Of a stretch of 64,000 nt of DNA, positions 20,701 through 31,041 are shown in pieces. The notes under the pieces are model-generated. The model was not told the origin of the DNA and searched no databases. It saw nothing but the letters and a program-made list of their open reading frames with translations. Source of the stretch: an uncultured Verrucomicrobiae bacterium (GTDB lineage Bacteria; Verrucomicrobiota; Verrucomicrobiia; Limisphaerales; Palsa-1400); NCBI GenBank assembly GCA_963707025.1, contig CAVPOM010000006.1:512001-576000 (forward strand). Direction: 5' to 3'. Position numbers and translations under genes: made by a program. Position 1 is the first letter of the stretch. The number at the start of each line of letters is the position of its first letter.

Positions 20701-22236
20701 ATGAAGAAGAACCGAATTATTATATTTGACACGACGTTGCGCGACGGGGAGCAGTGCCCCGGCGCTTCCATGAACTTGCGGGAGAAACTGGAGATCGCCC
20801 GGCAGTTGGCCCGGCTGAAGGTGGATGTGATCGAAGCGGGATTTCCGGTGATCAGCGACGGGGATTTTTTGTCGGTGCGGACGATTGCGCGGGAGGTGAA
20901 GGGGCCGGTGATTTGCGGGCTGGCGCGGTGCCTGGCGCAGGACATTGATGCGGCGGGGGAGGCGGTCAAACCGGCGGGGCGGCGGGGGCGCATTCATGTG
21001 TTTTTGGCGACGTCGAAGATTCACCGGGAGTTTAAGCTGGGCAAGGCGCAGCATGAGATTTTGCGCCTGGCGGTGGAGGGGGTGAAGCGGGCGAAGACTT
21101 TGGTGGACGACGTGGAGTTTTCGCCGGAGGACGCCTCGCGGACGGAGCCGGAGTTTTTGGTCGAGGTGAGCAAAGCGGTGGTGGCGGCGGGGGCCAGGAC
21201 GGTCAACTTTCCGGACACGGTGGGCTGGGCGGTGCCGGAGCAGTATGGGGCGTTGATCGGGCATCTGTGCGAGGCGGTGCCGGAATTCCGATCGGGGGCG
21301 GCCATGGTCAGCGTGCATTGTCATAATGATTTGGGTTTGGCGGTGGCCAATTCGCTGGCGGCGGTGGGGCAGGGGGCGCGCCAGGTGGAATGCACGGTCA
21401 ACGGCATCGGCGAGCGGGCGGGCAACGCGGCGCTGGAGGAGATCGTCATGGCGCTCAAGACGCGGGGGGACTTTTACGGGGGGTTTGAATGCGGGTTGCA
21501 GGCCAGGGAGATCGTGAAAAGTTCGCGCCTGGTGGCGCGGATGAGCGGGTTGGCGGTGCAGCGGAGCAAGGCTATTGTGGGGGAGAACGCCTTCGCGCAT
21601 TCGGCCGGGATTCATCAGGACGGGATTCTGAAGAAGCGGGAGACTTACGAGATCATGGACCCGGTGGCGGTGGGCTGGGGGGGGACGGAGATGCCGCTGA
21701 CCAAGCACAGCGGGCGGGCGGCGGTTTCGGCGCGCCTGCGGCATCTGGGCTTCAAGATGAGGGAGGGGGAAGTGGAGGCCATCTTCGCCCGCTTCAAGGA
21801 GATAGGAGACAAGAAGAAATTTGTTTATGACGACGATTTGGCGGCGCTGGTGGAAGGGCAGATCACCGAGGTGCCGGAAACCTGGTCGCTGGACTATTTG
21901 AGCGTGACGAGCGGCAACCGCATGGTGCCGACGGCGACGGTGCGCCTGCAAAAACTGGCCGGCAAAAAGGAGTCGGCGCAGGACGCGGGGATCGGCGACG
22001 GACCGGTGGACGCGGCGCTCAAGGCGATAGACCGGCTGACCGGCCGGCCGGGCAAGCTGATGGATTATGCCTTGCGGGCGGTTTCGCAGGGCAAGGACGC
22101 GCTGGGGGAGGTGACGGTGAAGGTGGACTTTGGCGGGGGGAGAATGGTCGCGGGCAAGGGGGCGAGCACGGATGTGATCGAAGCCAGCGCGCGGGCCTAT
22201 TTGAACGCGGTGAACCGGTCGCTGGGAGAAAAGTGA
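20701..22236 (+). CDS. leuA: 2-isopropylmalate synthase
   Basis: [38 protein letters not shown]...TYEI, GPVDA regulatory domain. Confidence 0.96.
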   Translation: MKKNRIIIFDTTLRDGEQCPGASMNLREKLEIARQLARLKVDVIEAGFPVISDGDFLSVRTIAREVKGPVICGLARCLAQDIDAAGEAVKPAGRRGRIHVFLATSKIHREFKLGKAQHEILRLAVEGVKRAKTLVDDVEFSPEDASRTEPEFLVEVSKAVVAAGARTVNFPDTVGWAVPEQYGALIGHLCEAVPEFRSGAAMVSVHCHNDLGLAVANSLAAVGQGARQVECTVNGIGERAGNAALEEIVMALKTRGDFYGGFECGLQAREIVKSSRLVARMSGLAVQRSKAIVGENAFAHSAGIHQDGILKKRETYEIMDPVAVGWGGTEMPLTKHSGRAAVSARLRHLGFKMREGEVEAIFARFKEIGDKKKFVYDDDLAALVEGQITEVPETWSLDYLSVTSGNRMVPTATVRLQKLAGKKESAQDAGIGDGPVDAALKAIDRLTGRPGKLMDYALRAVSQGKDALGEVTVKVDFGGGRMVAGKGASTDVIEASARAYLNAVNRSLGEK

Positions 22237-22239
22237 ATG

Positions 22240-22354
22240 GAAACCTCTGCAAAACCTGCTCCCACGACTGTAGCGGCGGTCTATGACCGCCGCAAAACTG
22301 GGCAAATCGGGCGGCGGTCATAGACCGCCGCTACAGAAGTTTTGTGGAGGTTTC
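22240..22354. mobile_element. IS5-like MITE with internal REP dyad (copy 1)
   Basis: TIRs GAAACCTCTGCAAAAC / GTTTTGTGGAGGTTTC around inverted TGTAGCGGCGGTCTATGACCGCCG pair. Confidence 0.82.
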
Positions 22355-22386
22355 AAACAGTGAATTTGAATCGCGAATGGTGAATC

Positions 22387-23472
22387 ATGAACGGAGCAAA
22401 AAAAACGCGGGTCATCGTCGGGATGAGCGGCGGGGTGGATTCCTCGGCGGCGGCGGCGCTGCTGCTGGAGCAGGGCTATGAGGTGGTGGGGATCACCCTC
22501 AAGCTCTGGCCGCAGGATTGTGTTTCGCGGGCGGAGGACAAGTGCTGCGGGCCGCAGGCGGTGACCGACGCGCGCAGTGTCTGCCACCAGTTGGGGATTC
22601 CGTATTACCTGATTGACGAGGCGGAGGCGTTTCAAAAGCAGGTGATCGGCTATTTTGCCGAGGAATACAAGGCGGGGCGGACGCCCAATCCCTGCGTGCT
22701 GTGCAATGAGAAGCTCAAGTTCGGCGCGCTGCTGGATCGGGCGCGCCAGTTGGGCGGGGATTTTATTGCGACCGGGCATTTTGCGCGGGTGGAGAAAAGC
22801 GCGGACGGGCGGCGAACGCTTTTGAAAAAAGGCCGGGACCCGCGCAAGGACCAGAGTTATTTTCTTTTTTCACTGCGGCAGCATCAACTGGCGCGGTCGC
22901 TCTTTCCGCTGGGGGAAAAAACCAAGCAGGACACCCGCCAGGTGGCGCGGGAGTGCCGGTTGAAAACGGCGGACAAGGAGGAGAGCATGGAAATTTGTTT
23001 CGTGCCGGACAAGGACTACGGGAAGTTCCTGGAAGCCGCCAAACTGGCGCAGCGGCACCGGGGTGAGATTGTCAACCTGCAAGGCCAGGTGCTGGGACAC
23101 CACGACGGAATCGAGTTTTACACCATCGGCCAGCGCAAGGGGCTGGGGCTGTCGTCGCCGAAACCGCTTTATGTGATCGAGCTGGATAGTGTCAACAACC
23201 GGGTGGTGGTGGGGGACGATGGGGCGCTGGACCGGGAGGAATTTACGGTGGAGCGATGCAACTGGATCCCGTTCGACGAGCCGCCGGAAGAGATGCGGGT
23301 GTCGGCCAAAATCCGGTACAATCATCCGGGCACGCCGGCCGTGGTCAGGCCGCAGCCGGGCGGGGGCGCGCAGGTGAAGCTGCTGACGGCCCAACGCGCC
23401 ATCACGCCTGGCCAGGCGTGTGTCTTTTACGACGGCGATTTGGTGGTCGGCGGCGGGTGGATCGTGGGGTGA
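22387..23472 (+). CDS. mnmA: tRNA 2-thiouridylase MnmA
   Basis: GMSGGVDSS, GRTPNPCVLCN, ATGHFA, KDQSYFL, YTIGQRKGLG, ITPGQACVFY. Confidence 0.97.
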   Translation: MNGAKKTRVIVGMSGGVDSSAAAALLLEQGYEVVGITLKLWPQDCVSRAEDKCCGPQAVTDARSVCHQLGIPYYLIDEAEAFQKQVIGYFAEEYKAGRTPNPCVLCNEKLKFGALLDRARQLGGDFIATGHFARVEKSADGRRTLLKKGRDPRKDQSYFLFSLRQHQLARSLFPLGEKTKQDTRQVARECRLKTADKEESMEICFVPDKDYGKFLEAAKLAQRHRGEIVNLQGQVLGHHDGIEFYTIGQRKGLGLSSPKPLYVIELDSVNNRVVVGDDGALDREEFTVERCNWIPFDEPPEEMRVSAKIRYNHPGTPAVVRPQPGGGAQVKLLTAQRAITPGQACVFYDGDLVVGGGWIVG

Positions 23473-23507
23473 AATGCAGAATGCAGAATGCAAAATGAAG
23501 AATGGAA
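23471..23507 (+). repeat. Heptamer tandem repeat (AATGCAG-like)
   Basis: gaaatgcagaatgcagaatgcaaaatgaagaatggaa. Confidence 0.8.
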
Positions 23508-23591
23508 CAGGGAAGCGGAGGACGACATTGTTGACGCGGATATTGCCATGTCAGTTGCCATTTGCCAGAGCGATATGGCATGGTTGATTCC

Positions 23592-23873
23592 ATGAGAGAA
23601 AACACAGTGCAAATTGATCGAACTGGCCGCGTGGTTCTTCCAAAACTGGTTCGTGACCGGCTTCAACTGCGCGGCGGCGACACTCTGGCAATTGCCGTGC
23701 GCCGAGATACAATCGAATTGCGTCCGACAAGTGCGACTGGACAGTTAAAGCGGGTCAACGGAGTGCTGGTATTCACCGGTCCGGTTCCGTTTGCAAGCGG
23801 CGAGGATTTTGTCGCCCAAGCCCGCGACGAGCGAATTGACGACCTGCTGCGCGAAGCGAAGGCGGGGCGATGA
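23592..23873 (+). CDS. AbrB/MazE/SpoVT-family antitoxin
   Basis: VQIDRTGRVVLPKLVRDRLQLRGGD; TTGCCA/ATGGCA repeats upstream. Confidence 0.88.
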   Translation: MRENTVQIDRTGRVVLPKLVRDRLQLRGGDTLAIAVRRDTIELRPTSATGQLKRVNGVLVFTGPVPFASGEDFVAQARDERIDDLLREAKAGR

Positions 23874-23943
23874 AAATTTCAACGTGGCTCATTTCCAAAG
23901 CCTGGCAGACGATGACCTCCGCAAACGCATCGTGGCCCCCTAG
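23870..23943 (+). pseudogene. Internally deleted PIN/VapC toxin remnant
   Basis: ATGA overlap; MKI joined out of frame to FNVAHFQSLADDDLRKRIVAP-stop, resembling a PIN C-terminus. Confidence 0.65.
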
Positions 23944-23993
23944 CAACGCGTTTGAGGTTCTGTCTTTTGGCGTTATTGCCATTGACATAATGC

Positions 23994-24176
23994 TCATTTC
24001 TGTTTGCGCTTGAGCTCTTCGAGTCGCTTTCTGAGTTCTTCCCTTAACGCGTTCAGAGGTTCAGGTGATTCGTCGTCATCGGCAAGGCCTCTGGCGGTTT
24101 TCTTGGGCGGCCTGGGCGGGCCTCCGGCGGATGAAGGTTGGGTTTTGGGTGTGTGTTTCTCGCTCGAATCGCTCAT
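23994..24176 (-). CDS. Small hypothetical protein, 60 aa
   Basis: ORF with disordered N-terminus and coiled-coil-like C-terminus. Confidence 0.4.
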   Translation of the reverse strand: MSDSSEKHTPKTQPSSAGGPPRPPKKTARGLADDDESPEPLNALREELRKRLEELKRKQK

Positions 24177-24320
24177 AAAGAATGATGGAAATCAGGATAC
24201 TGGGCGGCAAACCGGAATGCAAAATAACAAAGGCAACAACAGGTTGGTGTTTGTTCTGGGAAATTGGTTACGTTTGCGATTAGCATTCCGAGTGGTGGCT
24301 CAACCAGGTGAAATGCGCTG

Positions 24321-25319
24321 ATGGCCTTTCCTGACAATGTTTTCGCGCTCGCGCTGATCTGCGCCGGAGTGACGACGGCGGTTTCGGTGCCGTTCTGGCG
24401 GCGTTGGTGCCGGCGGGTCGGCGTGATGGATGACCCCGGGCAGCGCAAATTGCATGCCGCGCCCGTGCCGCTGGCCGGAGGATTGGCGGTGATGACCGGT
24501 CTGCTCGTGCCGCTGCTGGCCGGGGCGCTGCTGACGCTGGCGCGGGCCGGGCTGGGGCGGTCGCTGCTGGATGCCGGCACGGCCAGAATCTTCGCGCATG
24601 GCTTGGACAAGGAGGCGGTTCAAGTGGCCGCGATTTTTGCCGGGGCGCTCGGCATGCTGCTGATCGGTTTGTGGGACGACAAGTTTGAATTGCGGCCCGC
24701 GGTCAAATTCAGCGGCCAATTCCTGGTGGCGCTGGTCGTGGCGTGCGCCGGGGTCCGCATCACCTTGTTCGTTGCCAGCCTGTGGTTCCACTACGCCATC
24801 ACCATTTTGTGGATCTTGACGGTGGTCAACGCCTTCAATTTCATGGACAACATGAACGGACTTTGCAGCGGGCTGGGAGTGATCGGGGGGTGGTGCTTCG
24901 GGATCATTTCCGCCAGCCAGGGCCAGTTCCTGGTGGCCACGACCTGCTTTCTCATCACGGGGGCGCTGGCCGGATTTGTCCCGTTCAATTTCCCCAAGGC
25001 CAGCGCTTTCCTGGGCGACGCGGGCAGCCATTTGACGGGCTACCTGATGGCGGTGCTGGCGGTCCTGCCCCATTTCTACACGGTGAAACATCCGCAAAAG
25101 TGGGCGGTCTTGACGCCGTTGCTGGTGCTGGCGGTTCCGCTGGGCGACCTGGCGTGGGTGGTTTTGCTGCGCTGGAAAATGGGCCGGCCCTTTTATGTCG
25201 GCGACACCAACCACTTGTCCCATCGCCTGACGCGCCGGGGGTTGAGCCCGACGCGGGCGGTGCTGCTCATCTGGCTGCTGGCGGTGGCGCTGGGGGCGCT
25301 GGCGTTGCTTTGGCAGTGA
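24321..25319 (+). CDS. MraY/WecA-family polyprenyl-phosphate sugar-1-phosphate transferase
   Basis: DDPGQRKLH, P..GGLA, GLWDD, NAFNFMDNMNGL, FLGDAGS, HLSHRL. Confidence 0.92.
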   Translation: MAFPDNVFALALICAGVTTAVSVPFWRRWCRRVGVMDDPGQRKLHAAPVPLAGGLAVMTGLLVPLLAGALLTLARAGLGRSLLDAGTARIFAHGLDKEAVQVAAIFAGALGMLLIGLWDDKFELRPAVKFSGQFLVALVVACAGVRITLFVASLWFHYAITILWILTVVNAFNFMDNMNGLCSGLGVIGGWCFGIISASQGQFLVATTCFLITGALAGFVPFNFPKASAFLGDAGSHLTGYLMAVLAVLPHFYTVKHPQKWAVLTPLLVLAVPLGDLAWVVLLRWKMGRPFYVGDTNHLSHRLTRRGLSPTRAVLLIWLLAVALGALALLWQ

Positions 25320-27165
25320 TCTCGGTCGAGGAGGTCATCTTGGTGCCGGCGGAAATGGCCTCGGAGAGCACGGCCAGGCCCTCGGCCCGCGGCATGGAGC
25401 CGATGAGGCGGTCGTCCTCAAAATTATTGACGACAGGAATGTTGCGCTGTTCGCTGGCCAGGAGGAGCGGCAGGGCGTCGAGCAAGCTCTGCGCGGGCCG
25501 CAGGCGGGGCGGCAGGGGGCGCATCACATCCGCCGCGATGACGGCGCTGAGTTCCCGGCCGGCGCCCAGGTATTCCTTTAAATCCTGCAGGGCGACCACG
25601 CCCAGCAGGCGGCCCTGGGCGTCCACCACCGGGAGAAAATTATTGGGGCTGCCGAGAAAGCGGCCGGCGATCTCCGGCAGCGGGGTGTTCTCGCGCACGG
25701 GCGGCACGGGGGCGCGCATCAAATCCCCGACGGTCTGCTCGGTGGCCGCGCCCAGCCGCGAGCTTTCCACCTCCAGACTGCGCAAGCGCAACGGCTCGGT
25801 GTAAATGGAATTGGGATGAAGCCGGCGCGAGACGATGATGGAAATGGCGCAGCCGAGCATGAGCGCGGGCATGAGCGAATAATTGAGCGAGATTTCCAGG
25901 ATCATGACCAGGGCCAGCAACGGGGAGCGGGTGGTTGCGGCGAAAACGCTGCCCATGCCCACCAGGGCAAATATCCCCATCGGCAGATCGGCGGGGATGA
26001 GTCCGAAGTGCCGCAGCGCCACGCCGAGAATGCTCCCCAGCCCGGCGCCCAGGAATAAGGTCGGCGTGATCACCCCGCCCACCGCGCCCGAACCGACGGT
26101 GATGACGGTGGCCAGCAGTTTGGCCAGGAAAATTCCGACCAGGACCTGCTCGGTGGGACCCGGCGCAACGATGCTGGCATTGTCCAGCCGCTGGATAAGG
26201 CCGTTGGCGATGGTGTAGCCATTGCCCCAAACTTCCGGGAATTTCAGGGCCAGGACTCCCACGAGCAAGCCGCCCAGCGCCATGCGCATCGGCAAGGGCC
26301 CGGCCTTTTTGAAAAGGTCCTCGCTGCGGCGCAACAACTTGAGAAAAACCGCCCCCAACACTCCCGCCAGAAAGCCCAGCGCCAAAAACCACGGCAATTG
26401 CGCCATGCTGGTGAATTCGTAACTGGGCACCGCATACCAGAGCCGCACCCCGAAAAAACTGCGGGACAACATCGCCGCCACCACCGAGGAACAGAGCAGC
26501 GGCGCGAACAGGTTCATGGAAAAATTTCCCAGCACGATATGCGCGGCGAAAATGGCCCCGGTGATCGGGGCGTTGTAGGCTGCGGACATCCCGGCCGCCG
26601 CCCCGCAAGCGACCAGCAGGCGCAGGCGATAAGGCTGCCAGCGCGCCAGTTGTCCCCATTTCGAGGCCGCCGTGGCCGAGAGCTGGGTGATGCCCCCTTC
26701 GCGTCCGATGGAAGCCCCCGTGCTGATGCTGATGAGCGAAGAAATGGATCGGATCACGCCCACGCGAAACGGCAGCCGCCCATCGCCGGCCACGACCACT
26801 TCGAGCAAATTGGTCGTGCGGTATTTGCCGGCGAAACGAAACCCCCAAAACAAAACCAGCCCGGCGCCCAGCCCTCCGAGCGTCGGCACCAGGACGCGGG
26901 AGGTAGTGTTGAACGCCGCGAGCAAGGCGGTCAAATCGCGGCCCAGGTGCCTGGAGAAGAGGTCTTGCACGCCTTCGACCACCGAGTAAAAGAGAAGGTT
27001 GACCAAGCCGCCGAGAACTCCCACCCCGCCGGCCAGCAAGAGGTGGAAGGCCTCTTCGCTCAGGACCAGCTTCTGGCGCACCCGCAAAGCCTGCTGCCAG
27101 TGGCGGCGCAGGTAGGCCCGCACTGTGCCCAACAGGCTTTCCAATGTTTTTGGCCATGTGCCCAT
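25267..27165 (-). CDS. ClC (ClcB-like) chloride channel with CBS pair
   Basis: GASIGREGG, CGAAAGMSAAYNAP, GGVITPTLFLG; two CBS domains. Confidence 0.93.
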   Translation of the reverse strand: MGTWPKTLESLLGTVRAYLRRHWQQALRVRQKLVLSEEAFHLLLAGGVGVLGGLVNLLFYSVVEGVQDLFSRHLGRDLTALLAAFNTTSRVLVPTLGGLGAGLVLFWGFRFAGKYRTTNLLEVVVAGDGRLPFRVGVIRSISSLISISTGASIGREGGITQLSATAASKWGQLARWQPYRLRLLVACGAAAGMSAAYNAPITGAIFAAHIVLGNFSMNLFAPLLCSSVVAAMLSRSFFGVRLWYAVPSYEFTSMAQLPWFLALGFLAGVLGAVFLKLLRRSEDLFKKAGPLPMRMALGGLLVGVLALKFPEVWGNGYTIANGLIQRLDNASIVAPGPTEQVLVGIFLAKLLATVITVGSGAVGGVITPTLFLGAGLGSILGVALRHFGLIPADLPMGIFALVGMGSVFAATTRSPLLALVMILEISLNYSLMPALMLGCAISIIVSRRLHPNSIYTEPLRLRSLEVESSRLGAATEQTVGDLMRAPVPPVRENTPLPEIAGRFLGSPNNFLPVVDAQGRLLGVVALQDLKEYLGAGRELSAVIAADVMRPLPPRLRPAQSLLDALPLLLASEQRNIPVVNNFEDDRLIGSMPRAEGLAVLSEAISAGTKMTSSTEITAKATPAPPAPPPAAR

Positions 27166-27208
27166 AGGCGTTTTCTTATTGGCCGCTCTGGCGGGCGTTG
27201 CTCACGCC

Positions 27209-27817
27209 TTACGATTGGATTTTCGCCGCCACTGCCCTGAACAGCCGGTCACAATGATGACACCGGGTTTTCGCCTTCTCCTGGCTCACGCGCTTTAACA
27301 GTTCGCTGGCATGTCTGATTTTGCCGTAGCTGCCCTTTTGCGTCTGTTGTGTTGCTGCTTCCAACGCCGCGTAGATTTGCGGTTTCGGCTCTTCCTCCAA
27401 ATTGGTTCTTCGCGGCAAGGCCTTCGCATTAAATCCCTGATCGTAATACTCCCCCAGCGCCTCGGGGTCGGCCACCAGCCAGGTTTCCATGCACTGCGCC
27501 ATCAGATGCACTTGCTCTTCCTGCGCGCCCTGGAGATTCCATCCATCGCGCTGCTCAAGGTGAGCGCGAGGCAAGCCTTCCACCTTATCCTCCGAGTCCA
27601 CCAGAAGGACATTGCACTTTCCGGGTTCTTTTTCGAGGGCATCGGTAAAAGCAGCACGCGCCTGGTCGCGTCCTCCGCAAGAGGTGATTGACCAGCGGCA
27701 GCGTCGTCGCCGGGCCAAGTCCACCAGGGGTTTGAGAAAGGCGGACATCCCCTGGCGGAGGGCGGCCTTGGTTTCCGCAGAATTGCCGCCGCCCTCGAAA
27801 TAGATGGAAATTTCCAT
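27209..27817 (-). CDS. DUF4276-family (TOPRIM-like) protein
   Basis: IYFEGGG, CGGR, LLVDSED, MAQCMETWLVAD, YGKIRHA; paralog of 278..874. Confidence 0.82.
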   Translation of the reverse strand: MEISIYFEGGGNSAETKAALRQGMSAFLKPLVDLARRRRCRWSITSCGGRDQARAAFTDALEKEPGKCNVLLVDSEDKVEGLPRAHLEQRDGWNLQGAQEEQVHLMAQCMETWLVADPEALGEYYDQGFNAKALPRRTNLEEEPKPQIYAALEAATQQTQKGSYGKIRHASELLKRVSQEKAKTRCHHCDRLFRAVAAKIQS

Positions 27818-29046
27818 CAGATGTTTCCCCCCAGTTTGCCCATGCGCCAGATTTCGCCGAGGCGGTATTGCTCCAGCCAGTGTTGCAATTTCGCCGATTC
27901 CAGCCGGCGGAACTCCGTGCCGCCGACATAATCGCAGACCAGCACCGATTCGGCCTGCTCGCTGAGGGCGGACACCAGCACGTCGGAGTGGGTGGTCACG
28001 ACCACCTGCGTCTTGGTCTTCGCTTCCACCAGCAACTCGGCGATGATGGCCAGCGCGTCAGGATGCAGCCCCAGTTCCGGCTCTTCAATGCACAGCAACG
28101 GCGTTTTGTTGGGATGCAGGAGCAAGGCCAGCAAAGCGAGAAAACGAATTGTACCGTCGGAAAGGCGCGTGGCCGGAACGGGGGTTTTGAGTCCGTCCTC
28201 GTGCAGGTAGATTTGCACCGAGCCGCCCTGTATCTTCGTGGTCAGCCGCGTAAACCGGGGCAGAAAACGCTGCATCAATTCTAGGAATCGCGGCCACGAA
28301 TCCTGATGTTCCAAGTCGTTCAACACATGACCGAGATTCACCAGGGTCGGCAGCAACGCATCACTCGGCAGGTTGGCCGGCTGCGCCTGGCGCAACGAAG
28401 AGGAGCGGCCAAAGCCCCACTCGCGAAAAATCTGGATGCGTCCGAACTGCTCCGCCACATGGGTAAGGTCTGGATAGAGGTCAGGATCTTTGCGCTGAGA
28501 GAAGATGGATTGCTCGGCGTTGAGACTTTTGGTTTCGATGAGATGTGGGGCGTACTTCGTTTTAGATTCATCATCCTTAATTTTTACTTTCACGTTAATG
28601 AGGGAGTTGCCCATGAGGCCGCCTCCTCCACCCTTCCGGCGGAAGAAGACATCATTCCGAAACTCTCTATCCAGCCCGCTTTCAAGGGTTTCGTCAACAA
28701 TCTCAATCCGACCACGCGTTTCGGTGAATGCCAGAAAATAAAGAATTTCCAGGGCCGCCGTTGTGGACCAAAGTCGCGCTGCAATACTGGCAGGTTGCGC
28801 CGGGGATGATCCCTTCCAAAGCCATTCCTCCGCTGTTCCGCCAATTCTGATGGCCTCGGCAAGATCGGTTGGCGTGGCGTGGAGCAGTTCAATGGCTTCA
28901 ATGAAATTGGATTTCCCCGAGGCGTTCGGCCCAATCAGCACGTTTAAAGGCGTCAACTCGATTTCCTTGCTGTCCGGGCCAAACGACAGGAAGTTGGTCA
29001 GTTTCAGACTCCTCAGAAATTGATTGCTCATGTCTTTTTGTGCCAT
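27817..29046 (-). CDS. ABC/AAA_21-family ATPase
   Basis: NFLSF, GPNASGKSN, LSDGT, CIEEPELGLHP, TTHS. Confidence 0.9.
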   Translation of the reverse strand: MAQKDMSNQFLRSLKLTNFLSFGPDSKEIELTPLNVLIGPNASGKSNFIEAIELLHATPTDLAEAIRIGGTAEEWLWKGSSPAQPASIAARLWSTTAALEILYFLAFTETRGRIEIVDETLESGLDREFRNDVFFRRKGGGGGLMGNSLINVKVKIKDDESKTKYAPHLIETKSLNAEQSIFSQRKDPDLYPDLTHVAEQFGRIQIFREWGFGRSSSLRQAQPANLPSDALLPTLVNLGHVLNDLEHQDSWPRFLELMQRFLPRFTRLTTKIQGGSVQIYLHEDGLKTPVPATRLSDGTIRFLALLALLLHPNKTPLLCIEEPELGLHPDALAIIAELLVEAKTKTQVVVTTHSDVLVSALSEQAESVLVCDYVGGTEFRRLESAKLQHWLEQYRLGEIWRMGKLGGNI

Positions 29047-29196
29047 CCGCGTCTTTTATGATTCACTCAGAGGCATTTTACAAGAAATCCTCCTGTTTTC
29101 ACGCAAATTCCGGGTTCGCATTTCGCCAGAATCGCCGAGCCGACCCGCCAGTTGCCAGTTGCCAACTTTTCTCCGCTGGCCCAAAGTATCGGGCGA

Positions 29197-30750
29197 ATGA
29201 GCAAATGTTTTTATGTGACTACGGCCATTGATTATATCAATGGCCAGCCGCACTTGGGCCATGCCTATGAGAAGGTCATCGCCGATGTGGTGGCGCGAGC
29301 CAGACGCAGCCTGGGCGAAACGGTTTTCTTCCTGACGGGACTGGACGAGCACGGGCAGAAGGTCCAGCAGGCGGCGCTGGCGGAAGGCAAGAATCCGCAG
29401 GAATACTGCGACGGGCTGGCGGTGACGTGGCGGGAGCTTTCCCGGAAGCTGGGCCTGTCGAATGATGATTTTGTCCGCACCACCGAACCGCGGCACAAAC
29501 TGGTGGTGCAGGCGTTTTTGTCGCGGTTGCACGCGGAGGGGCAGTTTTACAAGAAGACCTACCAGGGATTTTACTCGACCACCGCCGAAACATTTTTGAC
29601 AGAGAAAGACCGCCTGGCGGACGGCTCGTTTGATCCGGCTTACGGGAAGGTGGTCGAGCTGGAGGAGGAGAATTACTATTTCAAGCTGGGGCGGCACCAG
29701 CAGTGGCTGATTGATTATGTGCAGGCCAATCCCGCCTTCGTCGTGCCGGAGTCGCGTCGCAATGAGATTCTCGGATTTCTCAAGAACAACGAATTGGAGG
29801 ACCTGTGCATCAGGCGGCCCGCCGCGCGCTTGAATTGGGGAATTCCATTGCCCTTTGATCCGGCTTTTGTGACTTGGGTCTGGTTCGACGCGTTGACAAA
29901 CTATATCAGCATCCCCGCGGCCCACGGCGACCCGGCCGTGACCAACGCCCTGCCGGCGGCCATCGGCCAGCCGCCATCGGCCATTGAGCTGTGGCCCGCC
30001 GATGTCCAGGTCATCGGCAAGGACATTCTGAAATTTCACGCGGTCTTCTGGCCGATCATGCTCAAAGCCATGGGGCTGGAGATGCCCAAACAAATCCTGG
30101 TCCACGGCTGGTGGCAGAAGGACGGGGAAAAACTGAGCAAAAGCACGGGCAACGTGGTGGACCCGGTGAGGGTGATCGAGGAGTGGGGCTTGGATGCGTT
30201 CCGCTATTATGTCATCCGCGAATTGGACATAGGGCCGGACGGGAATTGGACCGATGCCGGTTTCCGCTCGCGTTACCAGGCCGAACTGGCCAACGGGCTG
30301 GGCAACCTGGTCAACCGCTCCCTTTCCATGATCCAGCGCTATCGCCGCGGGCGCGTGCCGCGCGGGACCAACCAACTGGCGGGGGAGATCGCGGCTTGCC
30401 GCGCGCGGGTGGTGGCCTGTTATCGCGGCCATCTTTTGCAGGAGGCCTTGCTGTGCGTCTGGGCCTTGATCACGCGGGCCAACCAATACATTGACCAAAC
30501 CAGCCCGTTCAAGCTGGCCAAGGAGCCGGCCCAGACCGCGCGGCTGGATGATATACTTTACACGCTGGCCGAGGTTTGCCGGACTTTGGGGGTTCTGCTT
30601 TGGCCGGTCATTCCCGGCACGGCGGAAAAACTCCAGCGGCAACTGGGTTTTGCCGAGGTGACGCCCCCTCTGGCCGAACCGACGGCGCCCATTGCGGAAG
30701 GCCACGAGTTGGGGGAAGTCTTTGCCCTTTTCCCTCGCAAAGAAGGCTGA
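29197..30750 (+). CDS. metG: Methionine--tRNA ligase (short form)
   Basis: FYVTTAIDY.NG.PHLGH, TGLDEHGQK, WVWFDAL.NY, IGKDILKFH, KLSKS. Confidence 0.95.
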   Translation: MSKCFYVTTAIDYINGQPHLGHAYEKVIADVVARARRSLGETVFFLTGLDEHGQKVQQAALAEGKNPQEYCDGLAVTWRELSRKLGLSNDDFVRTTEPRHKLVVQAFLSRLHAEGQFYKKTYQGFYSTTAETFLTEKDRLADGSFDPAYGKVVELEEENYYFKLGRHQQWLIDYVQANPAFVVPESRRNEILGFLKNNELEDLCIRRPAARLNWGIPLPFDPAFVTWVWFDALTNYISIPAAHGDPAVTNALPAAIGQPPSAIELWPADVQVIGKDILKFHAVFWPIMLKAMGLEMPKQILVHGWWQKDGEKLSKSTGNVVDPVRVIEEWGLDAFRYYVIRELDIGPDGNWTDAGFRSRYQAELANGLGNLVNRSLSMIQRYRRGRVPRGTNQLAGEIAACRARVVACYRGHLLQEALLCVWALITRANQYIDQTSPFKLAKEPAQTARLDDILYTLAEVCRTLGVLLWPVIPGTAEKLQRQLGFAEVTPPLAEPTAPIAEGHELGEVFALFPRKEG

Positions 30751-31041
30751 TTTCTGAAAGGCGATGGAAGGCGAGGCTGGACAATGGAAGATTGCGGATG
30801 GCGGATTGTTGACCCTCCGCAGGCTCGGCGATGGAGGGCGGATTTCCTCCTCCGCCAAAGCCACGGAGGACAGGGCGGAAGGCGGATTGCCGATGCAGAT
30901 GAGGCCTGGTTGGAAGCGGCGCGTCTTTGCCATCCTCCACCTTCCATTCTCCCTTCCCGCCCGCTCTTGCCTCTTGCCTCCCGCATGAACAGAAGCAACT
31001 ATTAGACTGTCTTGGTTATTGTGAACCGTTTGGAGCCAAAC

